Below, piece by piece: positions 42,716-56,281 of a stretch of DNA of 64,000 bases (position 1 is its first letter; each line of letters opens with the position of its first letter). Position numbers and translations under genes: made by a program. This stretch comes from Eledone cirrhosa. Its lineage: Eukaryota. A model generated the notes under the pieces. That model searched no databases. It was not told the DNA's origin and saw only the letters and a list, made by a program, of their open reading frames with translations. The DNA lies in assembly GCA_964016885.1 (NCBI GenBank), contig OZ024741.1, positions 94,922,001 to 94,986,000 on the forward strand, read 5' to 3'.

Positions 42716-45529
42716 TTAGCAGGCTAATAGTGGTATAAGCTCTCTGAACTTTTTCCAACCAGTTCTGACTCTAGCTACAGTACTTTCAGAGCACCCTCCC
42801 CCACTGCTGATTTTATCGCCCAGGTAACGGAAGCTGTCCACTATTTCTATAGAACCCTCTGCGCAATTGAAAGAGCTAGTATTTTGTGGGCACTTGCTGC
42901 TACTTATTGCACCAGAACACCGGCCACATGTAAAATCTATGTTCTTAGTTAGCTTACCTGTGATCCCACTACATCTTTTATGCACCCATACTTTGCATTT
43001 AGGACACAAAATGGAGTTTCTACCTACGCCTTTCCTACACACCGAGCACGACCATTTCCCAGAAGGGACCGCCGCCTTGTTTTCTTTCCTACAAACGAGA
43101 ACTTTGGTCTTAGCCAGGTTAATTTTAAGTCCTTTTGACTCTAGGCCGTGCTTCCATGTTTGGAATTTCTTCTCTAGCTCGGCCATTGATTCCGCTATGA
43201 GTGTCAGGTCGTCTGCGTATAGGAGTTCCCATGGGCAGCCTGTCTTGAACTCCTCTGTTATAGCCTGAAGGGCAATAATAAATAGTAGGGGGCTGAGAAC
43301 AGAGCCCTGATGGACGCCAACTTTTACGCTAAACTCTTCACTATATTCGTTGTTAATTCTAACCTTGCTGACTGTTTTTTTATACATGGCTTGTATAGCC
43401 CTCACAAGCCATTCGTCAACGCCTAGTTTTCTAAGAGCCCACCAGATAATGGAGCGGGGGACTCTGTCGAAGGCTTTCTCCAAGTCGACAAAAGCTAAGT
43501 AGAGGGGTTTACCTTTAGCTAGGTACTTCTCCTGTAGTTGTCGTACTATGAAAAGAGCGTCTGTGGTACTTTTGCCTGACACAAACCCGAACTGCATTTC
43601 ATCTAGGTCAATTCTCTCTCTGATTAGTTGCGCTATTACTTTTTCTGTGACCTTCATGACCTGGTCGATTAATTTAATGCCTCTATAGTTACTCCTATCT
43701 AGGGCGTCTCCTTTACCCTTATAACAGTTAACGATGATGCTGCTATGCCAGTCCTTCGGAACAACCCCATTCTGTACGACTTGGTTAACTATGCGGGTGA
43801 CCATGGTGTGTCCCACCGTGCCAGATGCCTTCAGCATCTCAGCAACTATTTCCGAAGGCCCAGCCGCCTTACCTGTCTTCATATCCTTGATTGCCTTACT
43901 TATTATACTCCCCTCGACTAACACTGCTGGTCCCTCTATTGGGTCGACATGGGGGAGACTGTCTTTCTCCCATTTATTCTCCTCATTTAGTAGCCTTTCA
44001 TAGTGACACTTCCAAGCTACCTTCTTATCAGTGTCGGTGATGGCAAGTATGCCATCATCGTTAAGTACACACTTCTCCCCGACAATATCACGGTTTTCCT
44101 TGACGCATTGCCTAGCAATCCTGAACACCTCACGTTTTTGGTCATCGCGTTGTAGGACATGCTTGAACTTTCTTTCCTCAGCTTCCCTTCTTGCTAAGTA
44201 CACTTCTCTCCTAGCTTCCCTCCTGGCCACTTGGTAGTCTACTCTACTTCCCCCATCCCGCCATACTTTCCAAGCCTGCTTTTTGGCCTTAATTGACCCC
44301 TCCACCTTACTGTTCCACCACCATGTTACTCTCCTCCTGCCTACAGGCCTGCTCCAGCCACAGACTTCGTCTGTGGCCAACAGCAGGTTTGCTTTCAGAA
44401 ATTCCCACTGTCCCTCTATATAGTCCGACTCTAAATGTTCTTCCTTACTGTCGAAAGCATCAAGTAATATGTTTTGAAATTTATTTTTGGCTGTGGGGTC
44501 CTTTAGCTTCCATATTTTTCTCCTGAGGATAGTCCTCTTCTGCTGTCGAGTACGTCTCGTCCTGACTATGAGGTCGCTAATTATCAGTCTATGTTGGGAG
44601 GTGCATTCTTCATGGGGGAGGGATTTAGTGTTTACAACAGACACTCTGTCACGTCTTCTGGTAAGGATATAATCTACCTGGCTTGTGTGTTCCCCGGATC
44701 TATAGGTGATCAGGTGATTGTCACGTTTTTTGAAGTTAGTGTTACAGATAGTTAGGTTATTTGCATCACAGAATTCCAGGATTCTGGAGCCTTCCTCATT
44801 TCTAGTACCAAACCCATAGCCTCCATGGATTTCGTCGTAGCCGTCACAATGTTGCCCAACGTGACCATTTAGGTCGCCTGCAATAATTATATAGTCACTG
44901 TCAGATATTTGGGAGGTAGTGAGCATCAGTGTCTCATAGAATCTGTCTTTTATAGTGCCGGGCAGTCCGGATTGGGGTGCGTACGCAGATATTACTGTCA
45001 CCGTAGTTCTATTGAGGACAAGTCGTATTTTAATTATTCTGTCGTTCACTCTATTTACGTCTATTATCTTATCCGCCCACTTTTCTGCTACCATGATTCC
45101 TACTCCACCCAGCCCATCGTCGTTTCCCACCCAGAAAAGCTTATAACATCGTTTTTTACCCTCAATGAATCTAGCAGACCCACCCCTCCACCTGGTCTCT
45201 TGAATACAACAAACATCGACCTCCTTACGTTCAAGCATTTCTACAACCTCGTTAGCGCGCCCCTTTAGGGTGCCTACATTTATGGTACCAACTCTGAAGT
45301 TTTGGATCGCGTTTGGAGCGTGGGGGTGGTGTGGGGCGGGGGGAGATGGGGTTATGTTAGCCATCCGCGGGCGAAACAAAGAAGAGTGCTCGCATTCTCG
45401 TCCACGAGGTGAATTTGACTTTAGCATTGGCATTTTCGCTCTGAGCGTCCAGATTTTTCTCTCCCTTCCACTCTCCAGGATTCCGCAGTCCGTCCATCCA
45501 TCCATCCATCCATCATATATCGAAGGCAA
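42716..45529 (-). CDS. RTE ORF: APE endonuclease, reverse transcriptase and PHD finger (C-terminus lost by frameshift near 42720)
   Basis: [42 protein letters not shown]; [21 protein letters not shown]; C4HC3. True start uncertain. Confidence 0.9.
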   Translation of the reverse strand: MPSIYDGWMDGWTDCGILESGRERKIWTLRAKMPMLKSNSPRGRECEHSSLFRPRMANITPSPPAPHHPHAPNAIQNFRVGTINVGTLKGRANEVVEMLERKEVDVCCIQETRWRGGSARFIEGKKRCYKLFWVGNDDGLGGVGIMVAEKWADKIIDVNRVNDRIIKIRLVLNRTTVTVISAYAPQSGLPGTIKDRFYETLMLTTSQISDSDYIIIAGDLNGHVGQHCDGYDEIHGGYGFGTRNEEGSRILEFCDANNLTICNTNFKKRDNHLITYRSGEHTSQVDYILTRRRDRVSVVNTKSLPHEECTSQHRLIISDLIVRTRRTRQQKRTILRRKIWKLKDPTAKNKFQNILLDAFDSKEEHLESDYIEGQWEFLKANLLLATDEVCGWSRPVGRRRVTWWWNSKVEGSIKAKKQAWKVWRDGGSRVDYQVARREARREVYLARREAEERKFKHVLQRDDQKREVFRIARQCVKENRDIVGEKCVLNDDGILAITDTDKKVAWKCHYERLLNEENKWEKDSLPHVDPIEGPAVLVEGSIISKAIKDMKTGKAAGPSEIVAEMLKASGTVGHTMVTRIVNQVVQNGVVPKDWHSSIIVNCYKGKGDALDRSNYRGIKLIDQVMKVTEKVIAQLIRERIDLDEMQFGFVSGKSTTDALFIVRQLQEKYLAKGKPLYLAFVDLEKAFDRVPRSIIWWALRKLGVDEWLVRAIQAMYKKTVSKVRINNEYSEEFSVKVGVHQGSVLSPLLFIIALQAITEEFKTGCPWELLYADDLTLIAESMAELEKKFQTWKHGLESKGLKINLAKTKVLVCRKENKAAVPSGKWSCSVCRKGVGRNSILCPKCKVWVHKRCSGITGKLTKNIDFTCGRCSGAISSSKCPQNTSSFNCAEGSIEIVDSFRYLGDKISSGGGCSESTVARVRTGWKKFRELIPLLAC

Positions 45530-45727
45530 CCGTGCAAGCGATAGTATAGGCCTCTGGCTTATGATTGGTCCGCGTAATAATAATAATGGTGATGCGTGTG
45601 GGGGGGGGGGGTCTCTGGCTTATAGTAATAATGGTGATGCGTGTGGGGGGGGGTCTCTGGCTTATGATTGGTCCACGTATTTAGAATGGTGGTGTGTGGG
45701 GGCGGGTGGGAGGGATCTGGGGTAGCT

Positions 45728-46825
45728 AGCTGGAAGGTTATGAATGTTTAACAGCGAGTAACAAAAAGCAAAACTGCAAGATTTGTTCTGTTCAATACGA
45801 CAAAAACACCGTATTTAAACCTTAATAAATAACAAAAAATACAGATTTCGGATTTTGCGGGATTGGATGTTTGGTCTATGTACGAAATTGTGGTGTGTGG
45901 AGTAGATAGGAAAAACGTGAACGTTACGATTACATGGTTACACCGTAGTAGGGGTAGTTGAAGCAGCAATTGTTTGGCGAAAGTGAATAAACATGAACGG
46001 GAATTTATCTTATATATATATGTGTGTGTGTGTAGCTAAGAGAGAGAGATGTGTGTGTGTGTGTAGCTAAGAGAGAGAGAGAGAGAGAGTGGGAAGGGGG
46101 AGAGAGAGAGAGAGAGAGAGAGTGGCTGACCGCAACCCCTCGTGAAGAAAATGGTGGGTGAAGGGTGTATGAGCGGGATTTTTGACTTTCGAGGTAGCAT
46201 GATATATATATTTAAAGTAAATTATAAGAAGTAGAATGGGAAGGATTTTGTTGTTTTTTTTTGTTTGAGAATACGATAGAATTAGGGAATTGGAGGATAC
46301 GATAGAATTAAGAATGGGAAGGATTTTGTTTTTTGTTTGGGATTGGAGGATACGATAGAATTAAGAATGGGAAGGATTTTGTTTTTTGTTTGGGAATACG
46401 ATGGAATTAAGGAATTTAAGGAATTGGAGAATACGATAGAATTAAGGAATTGAGGAGCTGGAAGGTTATGAATGTTTAACAGCGAGTAACAAAAAGCAAA
46501 ACTGCAAGATTTGTTCTGTTCAATACGACAAAAACACCGTATTTAAACCTTAATAAATAACAAAAAATACAGATTTCGGATTTTGCGGGATTGGATGTTT
46601 GGTCTATGTACGAAATTGTGGTGTGTGGAGTAGATAGGAAAAACGTGAACGTTACGATTACATGGTTACACCGTAGTAGGGGTAGTTGAAGCAGCAATTG
46701 TTTGGCGAAAGTGAATAAACATGAACGGGAATTTATCTTATATATATATGTGTGTGTGTGTAGCTAAGAGAGAGAGATGTGTGTGTGTGTGTAGCTAAGA
46801 GAGAGAGAGAGAGAGAGTGGGAAGG

Positions 46826-46862
<37 letters not shown>

Positions 46863-47327
46863 TGACCGCAACCCCTCGTGAAGAAAATGGTGGGTGAAGG
46901 GTGTATGAGCGGGATTTTTGACTTTCGAGGTAGCATGATATATATATTTAAAGTAAATTATAAGAAGTAGAATGGGAAGGATTTTGTTGTTTTTTTTTTT
47001 GTTTGAGAATACGATAGAATTAGGGAATTGGAGGATACGATAGAATTAAGAATGGGAAGGATTTTGTTTTTTGTTTGGGAATACGATGGAATTAAGGAAT
47101 TTAAGGAATTGGAGAATACGATAGAATTAAGGAATTGAGGAGCTGGAAGGTTATGAATGTTTAACAGCGAGTAACAAAAAGCAAAACTGCAAGATTTGTT
47201 CTGTTCAATACGACAAAAACACCGTATTTAAACCTTAATAAATAACAAAAAATACAGATTTCGGATTTTGCGGGATTGGATGTTTGGTCTATGTACGAAA
47301 TTGTGGTGTGTGGAGTAGATAGGAAAA
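45728..47327. repeat. Tandem repeat: 728-bp and 685-bp units plus a partial third
   Basis: agctggaaggttatgaatgtttaacagcgag starts at 45728, 46456 and 47141. Confidence 0.95.
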
Positions 47328-47494
47328 ATACATGTATATATATATATATACATGTATATATATATATACATGTATATATATATATATACATGTATATATA
47401 TATATACATATATATATACATGTATATATATATATATATACATGTATATATATATACATGTATATATATATATATAGATGTATATATATATATG

Positions 47495-47526
<32 letters not shown>

Positions 47527-47549
47527 TGTATATATATATATATATGTAT

Positions 47550-48060
47550 ATAAGAGGGTGTTAAAGTTTGCTTGAAGCATTGTGAAATGTGTAAAAATAC
47601 GTATTTAAGAAAGCCACCACAATGCAGAGGGAAATCTCGAGGTAGGAAGTGAAATATAGATAGGAAAAACAGGTGAAAGTGAAAATTGAGAGAGACAAAG
47701 ATGAAAGCAAAACAAAGGTAGAAAGGTTACCGTAGTAGAGATTTAATCCCAATATTTCGGGCTCACGCCCATCAACGGGGTAAAAGTTCCAAAAGGGGGT
47801 GAACAGGCCAAGCGGAGAAAGTTGTGATGTCGTTAAGACAGGAATGCCGTTAAATATAACGTTGATATATTTAACGTTGATGGGCGTGAGCCCGAAATAT
47901 TGGGATTAAATCTCTACTACGGTAACCTTTCTACCTTTGTTTTGCTTTCATCTTTGTCTCTCTCAATTTTCACTTTCACCTGTTTTTCCTATCTATATTT
48001 CACTTCCTACCTCGAGATTTCCCTTTGCATTGTTGTGGCTTTCTTAAATACGTATTTTTA
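47550..48060. mobile_element. TA-flanked element with 186-bp inverted repeat (47592-47777 / 47875-48060)
   Basis: Near-identical arms; HHR-like hairpin gggc-gtga-gccc GAAATATT at the inner ends. Confidence 0.85.
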
Positions 48061-48880
<820 letters not shown>

Positions 48881-48882
48881 CA

Positions 48883-50085
48883 ATCAACGATGAATATAGT
48901 GAAGAGTTTAGCGTAAAAGTTGGTGTTCATCAGGGCTCCGTCCTTAGCCCCCTACTATTTAATATTGCCCTTCAGGCTATAACAGAGGAGTTCAAAACCG
49001 GCTGCCCGTGGGAACTCCTATATGCAGATGATCTAACGCTCATAGCTGAACTATTGAAGAAATTCCAAACATGGAAGCATGGCCTAGAATCAAAAGGCCT
49101 TAAAGTTAACTTGTCTAAGACTAAAGTTCTAGTTTGTAGGAAGGAAAATAGGGCACCGGTCCCATCTGGGAAATGGCCATGCTCAGTGTGTAGGAAAGGA
49201 GTAGGTAGAAACTCCATTTTATGTCCCAAATGCAAAGTATGGGTACATAAAAGATGTAGTGGGATCACAGGTAAGCTAACTAAGAATATAGATTTTATAT
49301 ATGGCCGGTGCTCTGGTGCAAGTGAGACCTGGGCATTGTGTGCAGAGGATATACGCAGACTAGAGAGGAACGAAGCTTGCATGCTCCGCTGGATGTGTAA
49401 TAGTAATATACGTGAACGGCAAAGCATAAACGAACTAAGGGAGAAATTACAAATAAGAGGGATCAGATGTTGTTTACTCGAGAGAAGACTATGTTGGTAT
49501 GGTCACGTGATGCGCATGAAAGACGACAGCTGTATAAAAAAGTGCAGGGCAATAAAAATAGACGGTAGCCACGGAGTAGGCAGACCCAGAAAAACCTGGG
49601 ACGACTTGATAAATTCCGACCTCACACACACACCTCTCCAAGACAATGTCACTGGACCGAGACCTTTGACACTACACAGTAATAGAGAAGACCCGCCTTA
49701 CCTAAGTACAAAGTGAAACCTACTACAGTCAGTAGGCACCTCTAACAAAATACACCCCTGTCCCACTACCCACACCCCATCCACACCACCCCTTTCAATG
49801 TAAAGTTATGTTGGTGTCACAACATCCAGCCCGAAACAAATGAGGTCGTGTAGGTGTCACGACAAAAAAACACACAGTCCACACTGTAATGTGGCCGTGT
49901 ATGTAACACGGTAAAAACCTCCCAGTTCCGCACTGTAAATGTGGTTGGTGTTAGGAAGGGCATCCAGCCGTAGAAAACAAGCCAGACAGTCCTATGCGAG
50001 CAAGACAACCAATCTTGCCTCAAGTGGGAAAACTCCTGTCCAAACCCATGCTAGTGTGGAATATGGACGTTAAACGATGATGATG
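48883..50085 (+). mobile_element. RTE family A 3' fragment with internal deletions
   Basis: [15 protein letters not shown]...YADD...GRCSGA|SETWAL deletion; 3'UTR and tail. Confidence 0.93.
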
Positions 50086-50108
50086 TTTTTTCTATACATA
50101 TATATATA

Positions 50109-50976
50109 TCATAATCTATAAAGCTCAGTGTGTGGTCATGCTCCTTCGTTATAGAAATCTACGATATAGAATTTCTTCAATTGAAATTTACAATTCAGAA
50201 CTCGAAATAGCTTCGATTGCGTCTTGACGCAGATCATTTTTTCAATTTCACCCACAATTACGCAAAAATAGATAACACTCAATATTTTATGATTTTTCTC
50301 TCTCATTTAAACTGCTGAACTCTTTCTACTACCATTCAAAATCTATGCAACTTCTGCTACTTTCTCTTTCCAAGCTTGATGGTGATACTGTCTGTTCACA
50401 CCACTCCCTACTGTCTTAAATTTAGAAAACACATATCCTCTATGAGGTTACTAAACCTGCTAGAAACAGCAGCTAACTCTCGCCCATATCACACCCCTCC
50501 CTACTGTCTTAAATTTAGAAAACATATCTTCTATGAGGTCACTAAACCTGCTAGAAACAGCAGCTAACTCTCCCCCATATCACACCACTCCCTACTGTCT
50601 TAAATTTAGAAAACATATCCTCTATGAGGTCACTAAACCTGCTAGAAACAACAGCTAACTCTCCCTACTGTCTTAAATTTAGAAAACACACAGACAACCA
50701 TGCAGAACAACTCCATCGCAGCTCTGTTGTTTGGCCGGCATCGTCTACGCGCGTGTTGCGCAAGTACTGTGAAACAATAAATTTCAACACTTTTTTGCAC
50801 AGGGATAATATCCATAGGCGAAACTACAATTGTCACTGCTGGCGCAGCTCCTGCTTCCAGGTCTGCAATTCATTCACCCAGTGCCTGGCAGACAAAAAAG
50901 TGTTGCCATAAAATGAGTGGTGCAACCTAACTTTGGTAACTTAATGACCCCGAGCAACGCCGGGCTTTAATGCTAG
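50109..50976 (+). mobile_element. Non-autonomous Helitron
   Basis: 5' TC(ataatctataaagc); 3' hairpin cccgagcaacgccggg followed by CTAG|T. Confidence 0.75.
50397..50690. repeat. ~91-93-bp tandem repeat, about 3.3 copies, inside the Helitron
   Basis: ctccctactgtcttaaatttagaaaaca occurs four times. Confidence 0.92.
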
Positions 50977-50999
50977 TATATATATATATATATATATAC

Positions 51000-51031
<32 letters not shown>

Positions 51032-51033
51032 AC

Positions 51034-51187
<154 letters not shown>

Positions 51188-51189
51188 AT

Positions 51190-51220
<31 letters not shown>

Positions 51221-51231
51221 CACATGTATAT

Positions 51232-51273
<42 letters not shown>

Positions 51274-51322
51274 ATATACATATATATATATATATACATG
51301 TGTATATATATATATACATGTG

Positions 51323-54300
51323 TCATCATCATCATCAACGTTTAACGTCCGTGTTCCACGCTTGCATGGGTTTGGACGGGGGCTCTCCCACTTGAGGCAA
51401 GAGTGATTATCTTGCTCGCATAGGACTATCTGGCGGGTTTTCTACAGCTGGATGCACTTCCTAACACCAACCACATTTACAGTGTGGGGCTGGGAGGTTT
51501 TTACCGTGTTGCCTACACAGCCACATTACAGCGTGGACTGTCTGGCGGGTTTTCTACAGCTGGATGCCCTTCCTAACACCAACCACATTTACAGAGTGGG
51601 GCTGGGAGGTTTTTACCGTGTTGCCTACACGGCCACATTACAGCGTGAACTGTGTGTTTTTTTGTCGTGACACCTACACGATCTCATTTGTTTTGGCCTG
51701 GATGTTGTGGCACCAACATAACTTTACATTGAAAGGGGCGGTGTGGATGGGGTGTGGGTGGTGGGACGGGGGTGTATTTTGTTAGAGATGCCTACTGACT
51801 GTAGTAGGTTTTACTTTGTATTTAGGTAAGGCGGGTATTCTCTATTACTGAGTACCACCAAAGGTCTCGGTCCAGGGACATTGTCTTAGAGAGGTGTAAG
51901 TGAGTGTGGTCGGAATTTATCAGCTCGTCCCAGGTTTTTCTGGGTTTGTCTATTCCGTGGCTACCGTCTATCTTTATTGCCCTGCACTTTGTTATACAGC
52001 TATCGTCTTTCATGCGCATCACGTGACCATACCAACGTAGTCTTCTCTCGAGTAAACAACATCTGATCCCTCTTATTTCTAATTTTTTTCCCTTAGTTCG
52101 TTTATGCTTTGCCGTTCACGTATATTACTATTACACATCCAGCGGAGCATGCAAGCTTCGTTCCTCTCTAGTCTGCGTATATCCTCTGCACACAATTCCC
52201 AGGTCTCACTGCCATGCAACATTGCTGTTCGTATGCAGGCATCATACAACCTGCCTTTCATTTTTAGGGAGAACACTTTAGCGGCTAATAGTGGTATAAG
52301 CTCTCTGAACTTTTTCCATCCAGTTCTGACTCTAGCTACTGTACTTTCAGAGCACGCTCCCCCACTGCTGATTTTGTCACCCAGGTAACGGAAGCTGTCC
52401 ACTATTTCTATAGAACACTCTGCGCAGTTGAAAGAGCTAGTATTTTGTGGGCACTTGCTGTTACTTATTGCACCAGAGCACCGGCCACATGTAAAATCTA
52501 TGTTCTTAGTTAGCTTACCTGTGATCCCACTACATCTTTTATGCACCCATACTTTGCATTTGGGACACAAAATGGAGTTTCTACCTACGCCTTTCTACAC
52601 ACTGAGCATGGCCACTTCCCGGATGGGACCGCCGCCTTATTTTCTTTCTTACAAACTAGAACTTTAGTCTTAGCCAGGTTAATTTTAAGGCCTTTTGATT
52701 CTAGGCCGTGCTTCCATGTTTGAAATAATTCTCTAGCTCGGCCATTGATTCAGCTATGAGTGTTAGGTCATCTGCGTATAGGAGTTCCCATGGGCAACTG
52801 GTCTTGAACTCCTCTGTTATAGCCTGAAGGGCAATAATAAATAGTAGGGGGCTGAGAACAGAGCCCTGATGGACGCCAACTTTTACGCTAAACTCTTTAC
52901 TATATTCGTTGTTAATTCTAACCTTGCTGACTGTTTCTTTATACATGGCATGTATAGCTCTCACAAGCCATTCATCTACACCTAGTTTTCTAAGAGCCCA
53001 CCAGATAATGGAGCGGGGGACTCTGTCAAGGGCTTTCTCCAGGTCTACAAAAGCTAAGTATAGGGGTTTACTTTTAGCTAGGTACTTCTCCTGTAGTTGT
53101 CGTACAATGAAAAGAGCGTCTGTGGTACTTTTGCCTGACACAAACCCGAACTGCATTTCATCTAGATCAATTCTCTCTCTGATTAGTTGCGCTATTACTT
53201 TTTCCGTGACCTTCATGACCTGGTCGATTAATTTAATGCCTCTATAGTTACTCCTATCTAGGGCATCTCCTTTACCCTTATAACAGTTAATGATGATGCT
53301 GCTACGCCAGTCCTTCGGAACAACCCCATTCTGTATGACTTGGTTAACTAACCGGGTGACCATGGTGTGTCCCACCGTACCAGATGCCTTCAGCATCTCG
53401 GCAACTATTTCCGAAGGCCCAGCCGCCTTACCCGTCTTCATATCTTTGATTGCCGTACTTATTATCCTACCCTCGACTAACACTGCTGGTCCCTCTATTG
53501 GGTTGATGTGGGGGAGACTGTCTTTCTCCCATTTATTCTCCTCATTTAGTAGCCTTTCATAGTGACACTTCCAAGCTACCTTCTTATCAGCGTCGGTGAT
53601 GGCAAGTACGCCTTCATCATTAAGTACACACTTCTCCCCGACACTATCACGGTTTTCCGTGACACATTGCTTAGCGATCCTGAACACCTCACGTTTTTTG
53701 TCCTCGCGTTGTAGAACATGCTTGAACTTTCTTTCCTCTGCTTCCCTTCTTGCGAAGTACACTTGTCTCCTAGCTTCCCTCCTGGCCACTTGATAGTCTT
53801 CTCTGCTTCCCCCATCCCGCCATACTTTCCAAGCTTGCTTTTTGGCCTTAATTGACCCCTCCACCTTACTGTTCCACCACCATGTTACTCTCCTCCTGCC
53901 TACAGGCCTGCTCCAGCCACAGACTTCGTCTGCCGCCATCAGCAGGTTTGCTTTCAGGAATTCCCACTGCTCCTCTATATTGTACGACTCTAATTGCTCT
54001 TCCTTACTGTCGAAAGCATCAAGTAGTATACTTTTGAATTTATTTCTGGCTGTGGGGTCCTTTAGCTTCCATATTTTTCTCCTGAGGATAGTCTTCTTCT
54101 GTTGTCTAGTACGTCTCGTCCTGACTATTAGGTCTCTAATTATCAGTCTATGTTGGGAGGTGCATTCTTCATGGGGGAGGGATTTGGTGTTTACAACAGA
54201 CACTCTGTCACGTCTTCTGGTAAGGATATAATCTACCTGGCTTGTGTGTTCCCCCGATCTATAGGTGATCAGGTGATTGTCACGTTTTTTGAAGTTAGTG

Positions 54301-55612
54301 TTACAGATAGTTAGGTTATTTGCATCACAGTATTCCAGGATTCTGGAGCCTTCCTCATTTCTAGTACCAAACCCATAGCCTCCATGGATTTCGTCGTAGC
54401 CGTCACAATGTTGTCCAACATGACCATTTAGGTCGCCTGCAATAATTATATAGTCACTGTCAGATATTTGGGAGGTAGTTAGCAACAGTGTCTCATAGAA
54501 TCTGTCTTTTATAGTGCCGGGCAGTCCGGATTGGGGTGCGTACGCAGATATTACTGTCACCGTAGTTCTATTGAGGACAAGTCTTATTTTAATTATTCTG
54601 TCGTTCACTCTATTTACGTCTATTATCTTTTCTGCTACCATGATTCCTACTCCACCCAGCCCATTGTCATTTCCCACCCAGAAAAGCTTATAGCATCGTT
54701 TTTTACCCACAATGAATCTAGCAGACCCACCCCTCCACCTGGTCTCTTGAATACAACAAACATCGGCCTCCTTACGTTCAAGCATTTCTACAACCTCGTT
54801 AGAGCGACCCTTTAAGGTGCCTACATTCATGGTACCAACTCTGAAGTTTTCGATTGCGTTTGGAGGGTGGGAGCGGTGGGGAGCGGGGGGAGATGGGGTT
54901 ATGTTAGCCATCCGCGGCCGAAACAAAGAGGAATGCTCGCATTCTCGTCCACGAGGTGAATTTGTCTTTATCTTTGGCATTGTCGCTGAGCGTCCAGATT
55001 TTTCTCTCTTCAACTCTCCAGAATTCCGTAGTCCATCCATCCGTCATATCGAAAGGCAACCAGGTAAGCGATAGTATAGGCCTCTGGCTTATGATTGGTC
55101 CACGTAATAATAATGGTGGTGCGTGGGGGCGGGCGGGAGGGGTGTTGAGTTGTTAGCGCGAAGGTTAGGTTTAAGTAAGATCCTCGTATTTAACAAGCGA
55201 TAACAAAAATACAAGATTTGTTTTGTAAAATACGACAAAAACCTCGTATTTAACAAGCAATAACAAAATACAAGATTTGTTTTGGAAAATACGACAAAAT
55301 ACAGGAGGATTTGTTTTGGAAATAGGATAGAATAGCGAGTAGTGAAGCAAGGATTGGAATCGGGGAATAGAAAATGCTATAGAATTGTCGGATTGGATGG
55401 ACTATGGAATTGAGTGGATTGTAGAAATGCAAGAAAAATGTGTACATTACATTATACCGTGAAGGAAAACAGCCACGAATTTGGCGAATGTGATTACTTG
55501 TGGGGTTTATCTTATATATATAGATAGAGAGAGAGAGAAGGGGGGGGGGTGGGGGTTGGCCGCATGATGTAGAGTGGGGTGGCTGACCGCGAACACTCAT
55601 GAAGTAGGGGAT
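51323..55612 (-). mobile_element. Near full-length RTE LINE family A (frameshifted)
   Basis: ORF 52701..55040 (779 aa, APE + RT) plus 52079..52570 and 51822..52022; tail; ~570-bp 5' region. Confidence 0.95.
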
Positions 55613-55628
55613 ATACATGTGTGTGTGT

Positions 55629-55663
<35 letters not shown>

Positions 55664-55781
55664 CATGTGTGTGTATATATATATATATACATGTGTATAT
55701 ATATATATATATATATACATGTGTATATATATATATATACATGTATATATATATATATACATGTATATATATATATACATG

Positions 55782-55819
<38 letters not shown>

Positions 55820-56052
55820 CATGTATATATATATATACATGTATATATACATATATATATATATATACATGTATATATACATATATATATATATACATGT
55901 ATATATACATATATATATACATACATGTGTATATATATATATATATACATACATGTGTATATATATATATATACATGTCTATATATATATATATATACAT
56001 GTGTATATATATATATATATATATATACATACATGTGTATATATATACATAC

Positions 56053-56098
<46 letters not shown>
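55613..56098. repeat. (TA)n array with CATGTG variants
   Basis: Direct reading. Confidence 0.97.
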
Positions 56099-56099
<1 letters not shown>

Positions 56100-56101
<2 letters not shown>

Positions 56102-56281
56102 ACCGTGTAGGCAACATGGTAAAAACCTCCCAGTCCCACACTGTAAATGTAGAAAACCCGCCAGACAGTCCTATGCGAGCAAGACAACCACTCTTGCCTC
56201 AAATGGGAAAACTCCCGTCCAAGCCCATGCAAGCGTGGAACATGGACGTTAAACGATGATGATGATGATGATGATGATGAT
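56100..56281 (+). mobile_element. RTE 3'UTR/tail fragment
   Basis: Matches the family A tail. Confidence 0.88.

Larger units (their letters stand above)
41891..47327 (-). mobile_element. Near full-length RTE LINE family A with tandemly repeated 5' region
   Basis: 937-aa ORF (APE + RT + PHD), frameshifted C-terminus, (GAT)n tail; upstream units are homologous to the 5' region of the copy at 51323-55612. Confidence 0.95.

Noticed and set aside
45350-45460. Possible HDV-like ribozyme in the RTE 5' region (minus-strand ACCTCGT loop and GCTAA)
   Set aside because: Could not build P1 or P2 pairings by eye.
50397-50690. Regularly spaced repeats resembling a CRISPR array
   Set aside because: The intervening sequences are also repeated (tandem satellite), the context is eukaryotic and there are no cas genes.
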